A stretch of DNA of 64,000 nucleotides from Eledone cirrhosa (Eukaryota): the NCBI GenBank assembly GCA_964016885.1, contig OZ024748.1, forward strand, positions 54,002,001 through 54,066,000. Direction: 5' to 3'. The position numbers were made by a program, and so were the translations under genes. A model generated the notes under the pieces. The model made no database searches. It had not been told where the DNA came from and saw nothing but the letters and a program-made list of their open reading frames with translations. This document shows positions 39,136 through 52,584 of the stretch, piece after piece. Positions within the stretch are counted from its first letter, which is position 1, and every line of letters starts with the position of its first letter.

Positions 39136-40215
39136 ATAGATAGATAGGTAGGTAGGTAATTAGATAGGTAGGTAGGTAGATAGATAGACACTCTTGAGTC
39201 TGTAATAACTCATATCATAAACTCTAACGAAATTAGAAGATTTTTGACCGTGATTCATGGCTTTTCATAGTCGAACATTATGTAATGGCTTCACTGTTAT
39301 TCCTTTGACTTTCACATTTGAGTAGTAGTAGTAGTAGTAGTAGTGGTAGTGGTGGTGGTGGTATTAAAAGTAGTGGTAGTAGTAGTAGTAGTAATCGCAG
39401 TGTTTGTGGTGGTGGTAGTAAAAGTAGTCGTCGTAGTAGTAATAGTGGTTGCTGTTCTTTTTTATACTGCTGTTGTTGCTGGAGTTTTTTCCCCTATGTT
39501 GTTACATTGATTTTTATAGCTTCCATTATGTCGTGGTGATGTTTCTACCTCTGCTTTGTATAGTTTACTTTTGTTCGTTCGGGAATCGTTAGTAAAAGCA
39601 TTTCGTCATCACGTGCAAAAGTGAGTCCTTCTACGAAGTTGCAAGATATATATATATATATATACACATACATATATATTATACACACACACGCACGCAC
39701 GCACGCACGCACGAAACTGGATTCGCAGTAAGGTGGCTGACGGGGTAAGGATGCAACTATGGTTTGTCCTGTGTAAATGTGTACAGTTTTTGCTTATATA
39801 TATATGTGTGTGTGTGTGTGTTTATTTTATTATAGTAATAACTTCTCATGATGAATTCTTACGAATGAAACAGTTCTACTACTGTAGAAATCATTTCTAT
39901 AATAAAATAAAATGGCTATACTCTAGTAACATATTGAGTACCTTTTTTAACTGTGGTCACCTCCTGATATACATCGGGAGTCCACCTATTATATAATATT
40001 TACTGTTATGTATGTGTGTATATCTGCAGATGCAAGAAAAACCACAAACCCTCCATCTCAATTCTACTTTTGAAAAGCATAAGAACTGTGAAACTGGTAA
40101 AGGAAACAAATAAATATTCTTAAAAAGACTCCTGCTTCATTTTCGATTTCTTTTCCTTATACTCACACTCGTGTAGGACATCTCGTTTTTTTTTCATTTA
40201 AAAACAACCTCATTT

Positions 40216-40269
<54 letters not shown>

Positions 40270-40271
40270 GA

Positions 40272-40948
40272 GATTGCTTTCCAGGTATCCGGTACAAATA
40301 TTTTTCAGTACCCTTTTGTATCATTCCAAATGCGTCGACTATCACTGGTATTGTACAACCCTTATGTTGCCACAGTTTCTCAATTTCAATTGATAGATCT
40401 TTATACTTACTGAGCTCTCGAAAACTTTCGACATTTTACGATCTGACGGAATGCTCATGTCAATTAAAAGACATGTTTTCTCTTTATGGTCCTTCACAGT
40501 TATATCAAGTCTGTTGGTCTTGATTATTCTGTCAGTATTCACAAGGAAATCCCAGAGGATTGTTACGTTCTCACTTCCTGTTACTGCATCTGAGTGATGG
40601 TTGTACAATCTTCTCTCTGTTTTAAGGCTATAAAATATGCGCATAAACCAGTGTAAGTATTGCCCCACACTAAATTGCCTTGTTTTATATTCCTAAGGAG
40701 CTAATACCAGGTGGTCAATTGTCTCAACATGGTCACCACAGAATCGACACTTTTGGTCAATACCATTTCTGATCAAATTGGTTTGAATGTTGCCGTTGGG
40801 AGACACTGGTGTTGGGTAGCCAAAATGAAACACTCACTCTTTCTGCCTTTAGCCCAGAACTCCGCAGCCACTGATAGGTGACAGTTTTATTTACATCAGG
40901 TTCTTTGCTACGGAGAACATACTGCCCATGCATTGGTTTTTGCTTCCA
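40272..40948 (-). mobile_element. R4/Dong-type non-LTR retrotransposon fragment (zinc knuckle + restriction-like endonuclease), disrupted
   Basis: Minus strand: KPMHGQY..WLRSSGLKAE, KCRFCGDHVETIDH, ILWDFLVNTDRIIKTNRLDITVKDHKEKTCLLIDMSIPSD. Confidence 0.88.
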
Positions 40949-40959
40949 CTATTATATTT

Positions 40960-41680
40960 GGATTGGCAGTATCGGTAGAGGGTCGGACGCCATGCTTTCC
41001 AGCATAGTTACGTCCCTTTACGATCTGAGTTCAAATCCCGCCGAGGTTGACTTTGCCTTTCATCCTTACGGGGTCGATAAAATAAAGTACCAGTAATGCA
41101 CTGGTTAATTGCTGGCCTTGTGCCTAAAGTAGAAACAATTATTATATTTATTATTATTGTTGTTATTATTATTATTTTACCCCCCCCCCCCCAACCCACC
41201 CTCACACACACACGCACTGTATCGTCCTCTACCGTCTTTAATGTCTCCTTAATGTGAGCCCTGTGTGGCTATAAAGAAATCATTGTGAATTGGCAGTATC
41301 GGTAGAGGGTTGGACGCCATGCTTTCTAGCATAGTTGCGTCCCTTTACAGTCTGAGTTCAAATCCCGCCGAGGTTAACTTTGCCTTTAATCCTTACGGGG
41401 TCGATAAAATAAAGTACCAGTAATGTACTGGGTAATTGCTGGCCTTGTGCCTAAAGTAGAAACAATTATTGTTATTTATTATTGGGGCGGTGGATTGGCA
41501 GTATTAGTAGAGGGTCGGACGCCATGCTTTGCAGCATAGAGTCCCGGCCCTTTACGGCTTGAGTTCAAATCCCACCGAGGTTAACTTTGCCTTTCATCCT
41601 TACGGGGTCGGTAAAATATAGTACCAGTAATACAGTGGGTAATTGCTGGCCTTGTGCCAAAAGTAGAAACAATTATTATT
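40960..41680 (+). mobile_element. Cluster of three SINE family A copies (40960-41145, 41285-41470, 41486-41680)
   Basis: Three near-identical head-core-tail units in the same orientation. Confidence 0.93.
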
Positions 41681-41875
41681 GTATGGATTGTTCGCCCTAC
41701 GGTCAAGCTTACGCTGTTTCGATACCAAAGGAGTAAATAATTCCTTATTCGCTATTGAAGAGCTTAACCGTAGGGCAGAGAATCTATAATAAATATCTAC
41801 ACTCTACCTTCCTTAAGTTTAGAGTATTAAGTTGTATAATAGTTTAACTGGTCGTAACTAGTAAAATATCGCATG
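41681..41875 (+). mobile_element. Hairpin-tail element (singleton, diverged)
   Basis: gccctacggtcaagct/agcttaaccgtagggc arms; minus strand GAAA-cagcg-TA at 41710-41720; tail ends at (TA)n. Confidence 0.7.
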
Positions 41876-42087
41876 TATATATTATATATATATATATATG
41901 TGTGTGTGTGTAGGTATGGATGTGTATATACGCTAAGTAGGTTTATGTGTATATGTGTGTGTATATAAGTGCATATGTGTAGGTACATAAGTGTTTATAT
42001 GTAGGTATATATGTGTGTATATACGTAGTTTATATGTATATATATGTATGTGTGTTTGTGTCTGTGAGTGTATAATATATATATATA

Positions 42088-42595
42088 TTGGGGGAAGAAG
42101 CGAACATGAAATGGAATCAGCCATGCTGCCTAGCGGAAGGAAGAAGGAAATGGAAGAGGTGAATTAATGATACAACAACATTGTTAATGACGTGAGAGAT
42201 ATAAACCTCATTCTGGATCAGGAAATAAAGGTATGGAAAAATCCATCAGCATCTCGACCTATAAATAGACGTTGGCTGTTGGTCGAAGATGATACCAGAA
42301 TCATGCAAGGAGAATAATGCTACATCACTGTAGACGATGATTTAAACTTCAGCAAGGCAAGGCATAACATCATCAGCATGAAATACGTGTTGCTCCGATG
42401 AAGAAAAATGACTCTGATGAGAACTTGACTGATGAGACTCAACATCGTTGAAATCGCGGTATCAACAAGTCATATGTTCAATATAATTGTTTTATATGCA
42501 CCAACATTTCTTGTGGGTAATGGCTACAAATAGCCGGCTATGGGGAAGAGACGTATCTATACATGCCTGCGCGCTCGCTTGTTGGTCAAAATGTA
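42088..42595 (+). mobile_element. 5'-truncated Penelope-like element 3' end
   Basis: Starts after (TA)n; decayed MKWNQPCCLAEGRRKWKR...NIVNDV...W loosely resembles the PLE GIY-YIG C-terminus; contains a hammerhead. Confidence 0.55.
42425..42465 (+). ncRNA. Minimal type I hammerhead ribozyme
   Basis: ttga-CTGATGA-gac(tcaacatc)gtt-GAAA-tcgcgg-TA-tcaa; all core residues present, cgcg palindromic loop. Confidence 0.82.
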
Positions 42596-42606
42596 TCCTT
42601 ATTATT

Positions 42607-43052
42607 TGGCAGTGGATTGGCAAAATCGGTAGAGCATCGGACAACATGCTTTGCAGCATAGAGTTATGGTCCTTTACGTTCTGAGTTCAAATCCCGCCGA
42701 GGTTAACTTTGCCTTTCATCCTTACGGAGTCTATAAAATAAAGTACCAGTCACACACTGAGGTCGATTTAATCCACTTCCCCCTTCCACAAAATTGCTGG
42801 CCTTGTGCCTATATAAAAACCATTATTTGGCAGTATCGGTGGAGGGTCGGACGCCATGCTTTGCAGCATAAAGTTACGGCCCTTTATGATCTGAGTTCAA
42901 AATCCCGCCGAGGTTAGCTTTGCCTTTCATTGTTACGGGGTCGACAAAATAAAGTAACAGTGATGCTCTGGGGGGTGAATTTAATCAACTTTTCATTTAT
43001 CCCTTACCCCCCGAATTACTGGTCATGTACCAACATTAGAAAAAATTATTAT
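42607..43052 (+). mobile_element. Two tandem SINE family A copies (long variant)
   Basis: B-boxes near 42683 and 42893, cores and ATT tails. Confidence 0.9.
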
Positions 43053-43293
43053 AATCATATTTTTGTTTTGAAGACAAAACATTAAAAACAGACGTCTGTC
43101 GTGACAGCCGCGAGAGACTCCTTAGATATCCCTGTAAACCCCCACCCCACCCCCACCACACACACACACGTGCAGATATAAATATATGTACACATGTATA
43201 TCTAGAGACAAGCACATACTCATGCACCCCCACACACTCTCATATAGATATATCTATGGTGAATTATTTATCATGATGTGTGTGTGTATACAT

Positions 43294-43339
<46 letters not shown>

Positions 43340-43349
43340 ATTTATATGC

Positions 43350-43391
<42 letters not shown>

Positions 43392-43520
43392 TGGTGCGTA
43401 TATATATATGTATAAAATATGTATATATATATATATATATGCGTATATGTATATATAATGTATAATGTATAAAATATGTATATCTGTATATTTATATATG
43501 TGCTTATGTAAATACATGTA

Positions 43521-43578
<58 letters not shown>

Positions 43579-43681
43579 TATACATATATATATATTTATT
43601 ACATATATATATATATATTTATTACATATACATATATATATATATATATATATTTATTACATATATATATATATTTATTAC

Positions 43682-43748
<67 letters not shown>

Positions 43749-44112
43749 TATATATGTATATATATATATATATATATAATATGTATTATGAACATGATAT
43801 TCTTTTATGTGAATGATGTGTGTGTGTGCACGCGCTTGATTCATTTGTGACTCTCCTCTGGGTGTGTTGGTGAGGAGGATTGGGGTTCGTGTATTAATCT
43901 GATACAGATGGAAACAGACAGTGTATTACCAGAGGTGTAACCTGACACGTGACAAGCCGTGAAACTGAGTGACTGATACTGTGACACGGAGCAATGAAAT
44001 AGCCTCAGTTAACTCGACAGTTAGACATTGAAATAGGAAGATGAGACTATCATCGTTTGATAGTTAGAGATCGTAGAGCAGGCTGATAGATTGATGGGTT
44101 GATGGGCTAACT

Positions 44113-44449
44113 CAGAGGTTTTCAAACTTTTAGGGCCACCCACCCCCAACTCCTCACGCCCACATAATACCCTCAGCGCCCCTAACCCTATTTCCAGAGA
44201 GACCTGCCAACACGGAAATTGTAAATAATATATAATAAATAAAATCGTTAATTTATATATAATAAATAATATATATACTATGTATAAATAAATATTATAT
44301 ATTTTTTATTTTACTATATTTATATATATATATATCATTTGATATTTACTATACTATTATATCATCTCCCCCTCTCCTTTAGGCCGCAGCGACTCCTGGA
44401 CCTTCTCAACACCCCCGGCAGGCGGTACGGCCCACTTTTAGATCCTCTG
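44113..44449. mobile_element. hAT (Charlie-like) MITE, degenerate
   Basis: Ends cagaggttttcaaact / acttttagatcctctg; imperfect TA-centred flanks ggctaact / gggtaaat. Confidence 0.55.
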
Positions 44450-44624
44450 GGGGTAAATGTAGAGTTGATCAATAGACAGACAGATAAGAAGACACACAAA
44501 TAGTTAGTTCCAATAAATACAACATAGATATATAGTTAGCAATGTAAGATAATACTAAGGTAGTTAAGTCACGTGAGGTGGATTGACAGATAGATAGAGT
44601 AACAGTTAGGTTGATTGACAAACA

Positions 44625-44960
44625 AATAATTGTTTCTACTTTAGGCACAAGGCCAGCAAAGACCCAGTGCATTACTGGTACTTTATTTTATCGACCCCGT
44701 AAGGATCAAAGGCAAAGTCAACCTCCGCGGGATTTGAACTCAGATCGTAAAGGGACGTAACTATGCTAGAAAGCATGGCGTCCGACCCTCTACCGATACT
44801 GCCAAAATGGTTTCTGATTTAGGCCCAAGGCCAACAGGGAAGAGTCTATTAAATTGACCCCAGTGCGTTACTGGTACTTTATTTTATGAATTCAGAACGT
44901 GATGGGCTATAACTCTATGCCACAAAGCAGTTGTCTGACGCCCAACCGATATTGCCAATC
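44625..44960 (-). mobile_element. Two tandem SINE family A copies
   Basis: Reverse-complement match to the 40960 copy; second copy lacks part of the core. Confidence 0.88.
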
Positions 44961-45279
44961 GATCAACAGACAAATAATATGACACATAGATTAGCAGTTA
45001 AGTTGATCGACAGAGAAATAATAAGACATATTGATAGTTAGACCAATTGAGGCTGACTGACTAATAGATAGACCGACAATTAAACTGATTGACAGACAGA
45101 AACATAGATAGTCAGGCATAACGAAAAGTAAATCTGACAGATAGTTTATTTAACAATGTAAGACAAAATATAGATAATTAGACCACGTGATGTGAATTGG
45201 TGGTCTAGTTGTTAGCTTAATGAACAAGCAGGGAAATAAAAGGTATAGGTAGTCAGACTGAACGAAAAGTAAGACTGAT

Positions 45280-45690
45280 GGATAGTTAGCCATGTAAGAC
45301 AATAGACAGATAGTTAGGCCACGTAAGGCAGGCTGGTAGATAGACAACTAATTTGATCAACAATCAGATAGCTTTGACACACATATAGTTTGATAATACA
45401 AATAGTAAGGCTGTCGGATAATTAGTGAGATACGACAATAGCTTGAGAGTTAGACCACGTAAGGCAGGCTGGTAGATAGACAACTAACTTGATCAACAAT
45501 CAGATAGCTTACGATATATAGATAGTTTGATAATACAAATAGTAAAACTGGTGGATAGCTAACGGGATAAGACAATAGCTTGATAGTTAGACCACGTAAG
45601 GTAGGCTGGTTGATAGACAACTTACTTGATCAGTAATCAGATATGTAGTCAGATAAGACAATAATCTGGTAGTTAGACCACCACGTATGG
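45280..45690 (+). repeat. ~136-bp tandem repeat, 3 copies, in GATA/GACA-derived sequence
   Basis: ccacgtaagg.aggctgg at about 45319, 45455 and 45592. Confidence 0.85.
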
Positions 45691-46661
45691 TGGAAACAAT
45701 TAGCAATACACAAACAATCAGTGAGTGATATATGACGACACATAAGCTGTTGGACATAACAAATAAGACTGGTGTTTTGTGGAAGACCAGCAGTTGCTCT
45801 TGAATACAAGACTTTCCCTCGCCCCCGCCAAGTTACCGGTGTCTAAGGAAACGGCAAATACCAATATACAACTGGGCATCAGTGACGTTACACAGGCGAG
45901 CTCTGAACGCAAAGGACTGGAAGAGATACCGCAAGGCATCCCGTCGATGCGCTAGTAATTCTGTCAATCTTCCGCCATGGCCTGTCACTTTATTTACACT
46001 TTATTTATTTATTGTCCGTAGAAATGCCTTTGCCATTTTGTCCGCGGGTGGCAGCCGAAGCACCGCTCTGACTTAGGTGTAGAGTCTGTCACCCCTTCCC
46101 CCTTTCTTTCTTTCGTTTGCTTAACAATCCTTGCTCTTTCCATACTTTTCCTCTATTTATAGCATCTATAGTCCTTTCCAATACTACTTTCTTTTACTGT
46201 GTTTGACTAAATATTAAATTCGTTATTATGTTTGTCATTTTATCCTAGGAATATATTTGAGTATTTTTATTTGAAATAGTTTCAATTTGTTTATTTATTT
46301 ATTGACCCCAAAAGAATGAAAAATAAATCTGACCTTATTTACACTCTGTGTTAAAAAATATTGAAAACTATTGTTAAACTCGTTAATTTAATCGTACAAA
46401 TGTAGAACAAAATTAGGAACGACACATTTTTCAAGACGCCCAATAATTAATATAGATTTCTTAAAGCCTTAAATTATATTGTTAATCCGCCATGTAATTG
46501 CATACCCCTTATAATGCACCGTTATAGAACCACTGAGTTAGATAGAGAATTAGATAAATAGATAGCCAGATAGATAAGTACGTAGGTATATAGTTAAGAT
46601 AGACATATAGCCAGATAGATTAGTAAATATGCATGTAATTAAGATAGGTATATAGCCAGAT

Positions 46662-46822
46662 AGGCGGCGAATTGGCTGACTTGTTAGAACATCAGATAGA
46701 ATGCTTTGCGGTGTTCGTTTCGGGTTTTCCGCTCTCTGACTTGAAATCCCGCTGAGGTCAATTTTTCCTTTCATCCATTCGAGGTCGATAAAATAAAGTA
46801 CAAGTCAATTACTGGGGTCAAT
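46662..46822 (+). mobile_element. SINE family A, older subfamily
   Basis: ggcggcgaattggc...gaggtcaatttttcctttcatccattcgaggtcgataaaataaagtac. Confidence 0.8.
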
Positions 46823-47477
46823 TCTTTCTCTATATCTCTTTCTCGCTTCCATTCTTTCACTCTCTATCCTTCTCTGGAAGAAATCTGCTGTATTCACCTA
46901 GAGAGATGGGCTCCACCAGGTTTTATAAGATGCCCTAGAAATGCTGTCTGTTAATACGGCGCCCCTATGACTCCCTCATGACTTATGGGATCATGCATGC
47001 ATATAGCCAGCTAGATAAGTAGATAGTTATATAGATAAGATAAATAGGAAACTATTTAGACCAATATCAAGACAGGCTTAGAATTAGTTAGGCAGGGATG
47101 GTATGACCTGAAAACTTAATAGACACGTAGTGTATTAATTTCAGGTAGTGTACATCTAGGACTATATTATCCAATGTGACATACATTAAGACAAATGTAT
47201 CATATCAACTTGGTTGTTGCTTCTAGCGTAATGAATAACCACATACAGGCCCTTTCTTTGGCGCCGTGTTAGAAAAATAGATAGTAATAAAGATAGTTTA
47301 AAAGATAAACAAACATCTAGACGTGTACATAGGAAGTTAGACGTGTAAGAATATTGAACGAAAGGGAGGTTTTGTCAAGTAATTGCAGGGATAATCTCAA
47401 TTGATTAACGTTTTTCATCTCAGTATATATCACGTGTGTGGGCGCCTTTTTCGATCAACTATATTGATGAGGTAAAA

Positions 47478-47710
47478 GGCGCGTGGCTTAGTGGTTAGGG
47501 TGTTCGGCGTACGATCGTAAAGACGTGAATTCGATTCCCGGCGGCGCGTTGTGTTCTTAAGCAAGACATTTTATTTCACTCAACTGAACTACGTTAAGAA
47601 TACACGCATCTGTAAAATGCTCAACCACTTGAACGTTAATTTCACCAGCAGACTGCTCAGTTGATGGGACAATTGGAAGGTTCATCATAGGAAGTGACGG
47701 AGGTCCAATA
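47478..47710 (+). mobile_element. SINE family B
   Basis: A-box tggcttagtgg, B-box gaattcgattcc, agcaagacattttatttcac. Confidence 0.8.
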
Positions 47711-47824
47711 CATTGGTAAACCAGTGGTTAGTTCTCCCAACGGAAACCTGTTACCAACGAGGCTATTGTTCACGAATTTATAGTATGAAATAAATATATA
47801 AATAAGTAAATGAATACAGGTATT

Positions 47825-47990
47825 TCTGTGTGGTCAAGACGTCTGTTTCGTAGGTTGGAGGTCTCGGGTTCTATCCCAATGTGTGACACCTTGGGATAGT
47901 GTCTTCTACTATAGCCTCTAGCTGAATAATGTGTCTCAACAATGACATTTAATAGACGGAAACTACGCGATAGCTTGTGGTATGGACACA
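47825..47990 (+). mobile_element. tRNA-derived SINE (third type)
   Basis: B-box gggttctatccc, accttgggatagtgtcttctactatagcc. Confidence 0.6.
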
Positions 47991-48145
47991 CGCACACACA
48001 CATACACACACATTATGCGTGTGGGGTGTATGTATATACATATATATATATTAAAAAAAGCTTAAATGAGTTGATAATACCTTATAAAGAAAAAGAACAT
48101 TTTAAAGCTCAGTGTGATTTTATAGTCTACATCAAGATATGTAAG

Positions 48146-48224
<79 letters not shown>

Positions 48225-48665
48225 TGACATATATATCTGTGTGTGTGTTAGTTCCCGTAACGAAGCAGTTCGACAGAAAGAGAGAATTTTTCTCTCTTTT
48301 TTTTCATGACTGATATTTATTTTATCTAAGTACTGTGATCGATATGATCGGTTAAATGAAGGATGTGCTGCAGCATGGGCACAGTCTAATGAATGATACC
48401 AATAAAAGAAAATAACAATAATAATATATAATATGATATTAGTGTATATATATATGTGTGTGTGTGTGTGGTAGAACAGACAGATAATTACATATAGTTA
48501 ATGAGAGACTGTAGGTCTTTCAAACGGATAATTGAGAAAATTGGAAAAGAATATTGGAAATCAGAGAGACGTTAGTTATAAGACGTGGACAGGTATAAAG
48601 ACCGATTGACAGACAGCTGTAGACGTATGGATGGATAGATAGGTAGGTAGATAGATTGGTGTATA

Positions 48666-48712
<47 letters not shown>

Positions 48713-48713
48713 T

Positions 48714-48748
<35 letters not shown>

Positions 48749-48760
48749 ATATAAATATAT

Positions 48761-49014
48761 ATAAAATATTTAAAAAATAATGAATAAAACAATGAAACAA
48801 TTTTATATATATATATATAAAATTTGTTTAATATAAGGAACTGTTTCATTGTTTTATTCACTATTTTTTAAATATTTTATCTTGACTCTGTATTCCGTTT
48901 ATCTTTCACCGAAAGTGATTTTTCATTGCATCTCTTCTTTCCATGATATCCGGATTACATTGAGTTCTTCATACGGATTGGACACTACCGTAAACTCTTG
49001 GTAGATTTATCTAC
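48761..49014 (+). mobile_element. Hairpin-tail element (singleton)
   Basis: ~39-bp arms ataaaatatttaaaaaataatgaataaaacaatgaaaca / mirror ending at 48880; tail to 49014; (TA)n flanks. Confidence 0.75.
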
Positions 49015-49064
49015 ATATATACATATATATATATTTATATATATTATATATATATATATATTTA

Positions 49065-49143
<79 letters not shown>

Positions 49144-49146
<3 letters not shown>

Positions 49147-49380
49147 TTATTAAAATAACAGATTAAAGTTTAAGCAAATAATCGCTGCTTTCACCCTTAA
49201 CGGGATCTTCTGAAACTAACAAAGTCAATCTGTAAACGCAGAACTGGATATTTCAAAAAAGCGATTCTTTGCTTAAACTTTAATCTGTTATTTTAATAAA
49301 TATTTGCTCTACGGTTCTTATATATTTGATATATATTTATCCTTATCAAGCCCTCTTTGGATTTTAGTCTTCAAATTTAT
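49144..49380 (+). mobile_element. Hairpin-tail element (singleton)
   Basis: ~43-bp arms tatttattaaaataacagattaaagtttaagcaaa.aatcgct / mirror ending at 49302; tail; TA-rich flanks. Confidence 0.78.
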
Positions 49381-49448
49381 TATTATTATTACTATATATA
49401 TATTTATATATATATTTATATATATTTATATATATATTTATATATATT

Positions 49449-49488
<40 letters not shown>

Positions 49489-49533
49489 TATATATATATA
49501 TTTATATATTTATATATATATATTTATATATAT

Positions 49534-49670
49534 AACGAAGGAGTTGTGGTAAGGAACCAGATGGACCATAACGCACCAGAGTACTCAATACTTAGGGTTG
49601 TAGAGTGGGTAATAGGAAAAAGTATGACCCCGACGGCTTGAGCTCTGCCGCCGGGGTCAAACTTTTTCAT
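49534..49670 (-). mobile_element. Hairpin-tail family C, hairpin centre deleted
   Basis: Full tail; junction gacggct|tgagctctgcc. Confidence 0.9.
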
Positions 49671-49682
49671 ATGTATATATAT

Positions 49683-49866
49683 ATGAAAAGATTCAGGACC
49701 CCGACAGCTGAGTTCCGACTGTTTCGACAGCTAGATCTAGCTGTCGAAACGGCCGGAGCTCAGCCGTCGGGGTCCTGAATCTTTTCATATTACCCACTCT
49801 ACTACCCCAAGTATCGAGTACTCTGGTCGGTTATGGTCCGCCTGGTATTTTACCACACCCTTTCGG
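49683..49866 (+). mobile_element. Hairpin-tail family C subfamily 2, complete
   Basis: Loop-less palindrome centred on cagctagatctagctg (49683-49788) plus tail; (TA)n flanks. Confidence 0.92.
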
Positions 49867-49894
49867 ATATATATATATGTGTGTATATATATAT

Positions 49895-49925
<31 letters not shown>

Positions 49926-50124
49926 AATACGTACATATATATATGTGTGCATGTATGTATATATATATATATATATATACATACTAGTGTACGTCTGTAT
50001 ACATATATGTATGTACGTATACATACATACTTACATTTAAGTACCAGCCGTACTAAGAGTGAGAAATGAAATTTCGTTTCATTCTTTTCCATATATATTC
50101 TAAGGCGGGTAAAATTCCCGAGAT

Positions 50125-50245
50125 CCATGGACGAGTTCTCTCCAGCGGTCTCTGTCCCTCATTATCGCTGCCATGTCCTGCGTCTCCAACAGACCAGTGT
50201 CTGTCCTTAGGGCATCAACATACGTTAACCTTGGTCTTCTTCTTC
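50125..50245 (-). mobile_element. RTE LINE 3' fragment
   Basis: RRPRLTYVDALRTDTGLL...MRDRDRWRELV. Confidence 0.7.
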
Positions 50246-51363
50246 TATATATATATAGCGATAAATAAATAGCTAGATATCGGTAGAGAGAGACTGGAAT
50301 ACAGAAGTACAGGTAAAAAAATGCTGTGTGCAGCTGTATAAAAATGTGCATATACCTAGCTACACTATATACACATGCACCATATACTTAGCTGCATCAT
50401 CGACCTCGCTGCATCATCTACCTAGCTGCACCATAACGTTTTTATTTTGTAACGGGCAAAGCCGACTTGCTTGTGACCCAGAGATGGACCCCGAGTCAGA
50501 TGATTGAACAACATCCATAAACTCGGTTAGTTTTGTTTGGGGTGGGGGGTTCAGCGGAATCATTTGGAGACGTTTCCTTCTGATAGGCCCCTCTGGAAGA
50601 CGTGTCTGAAGACTCTGCTCCCACGATCCTCTGGATTTGTAGGGAGAGGAAAGTTGATTTTATCGATCCCAGGGATTGTTAGGTACTTTATTTTATCGAC
50701 CCCGGTATGATGAAAGATACAGTTGACCTTGACAAGATTGGAACTCAGATTTCAAGGAGCCGCAACTTTTAAAAATCTGATGTGTGTGTATATGTATGTC
50801 TCTATATATGTATGTCTCTATATGTATGTGCGCCTAAAATTTGGCTACTATTTCTAGCATACTGACCGGTACTTGTCGTAACATTGGAAATAGAAGTGAT
50901 GGTTGTGGTAGTAGTAGAGGTAGTGGTGGTGGTGGTTGTCGTAGTCGTAGTAGTAGCAGTGATGGTGGTTGTCGTCGTAGTAGTAAAACTGGTAATGGTA
51001 ATAGTGGTGGTGGTGGTGGTGATCGTCGCCGTCGTAGTAGTAGTGATAATGGTGGTGGTGGTAGTAGTTATAATGGTTGTGTTGATGATGATGGTAAAGT
51101 AGTAGTGATGATGATGATGGTAGTGGTGTTATTGTTAGTAGTAGTAGTCGTAGTGATGGTCATCTTAATGTTTGTTGTCATAATTTTTCTTTCCATCTTC
51201 TCTCTCTCGCTACCACCGCCCCTCATCCTCTCTAATCCCCCCCTCTCTATATCTCTATATTTTTTCTGTCGTCTGGTTCTTCCATATCCTCCAACTTTCA
51301 CTCTTTATTATCCACATCTGCACACTCCACTCTCCCACAAATCTCATACGACTCTCTCGCTCG

Positions 51364-51400
<37 letters not shown>

Positions 51401-51422
51401 CACATATATATATACACACACA

Positions 51423-51499
<77 letters not shown>

Positions 51500-51843
51500 G
51501 TATATTACACTCCCTTTATCAATCTATCACTTTCATTTCACCCTTCTACTCAGATCAAACATTCTCACCTTTACACATATACACACACCACTTGTTCTCT
51601 CATTTCCTTCTGTCTATTTGTCTCTCTCTATCTCACTCTCTCACTCACTCACACTCTCTCTCTCTCTCTATCTATCTCTATCTCTCTATCTCACTCTTTC
51701 TCTCTCTCACTCGCTCTATCTATCTATCTACTTAACCAATCACTCTCCTCCCTTTCTCTCTCCTTCACTTATCTTATTATACCTCATCCATCCTATTCCT
51801 CACCTCATTCTTCCACTCACCGAGATTCATTGAGCAGAATAAA

Positions 51844-51895
<52 letters not shown>

Positions 51896-51897
<2 letters not shown>

Positions 51898-52093
51898 CGA
51901 AGGAGGTGTGGTAAGGAACCAGATGGACCAGAACGCTCAAGAGTACTCAATACTTAGGGTAGTAGAGTGGGTAATAGGAGAAAAGTATGACCCCGACGGC
52001 TGAGCTCAAGCCGTTTCGACGGCTATTTATGGACACTTTAGTCCAGAAATAACCGTCGAAACGGCTTGAGCTCTGCCGTCGGGGTCATACTTT

Positions 52094-52098
<5 letters not shown>
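51896..52098 (-). mobile_element. Hairpin-tail family C, complete copy
   Basis: Tail 51896-51975, hairpin to 52098, (TA)n flanks. Confidence 0.92.
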
Positions 52099-52125
<27 letters not shown>

Positions 52126-52584
52126 TACGTACAATAGTATAAGGTCGTCGATTGGCAGAATCTTTAGAGCATCCGCTAGAATGTTTGGCATTATTCCGAG
52201 TTCAAATCCAGCCTTTCACAACTTTACCTTTCACTCTTTCTAGGTTGATAAAATAAAGTATATAGATAAATAGATAAGTCGATATAACTAGATAGATAGA
52301 TATATGATAGATAGTGTGAAGAGCAGTAACCACGACATTTCTCAGAGAGAGATACAAAGAGAAAGAGACTGTGTATGTGTGTGAGAGAGAGAGAGAGAGA
52401 GAGCAAGGTATCGTGAAACTGTTCAATGCTTACAACAGGCTGGCTCCTTTGACGAATGGTACCTGAGGTGGATGGAAACAGGGTCAGACAATCACCTGCT
52501 GACTCCATGGGTTATATAACATTTGAACCCCTTCTGTAAAAAAAAAAATTTTCGGGTAAATAATTTTAAATGATTATACATGAT

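Noticed and set aside
49144-49302. Hammerhead half-motif in this hairpin (and in 10251 and 48761)
   Set aside because: No clear GAAA-loop-UH in the expected position; counted only for architecture
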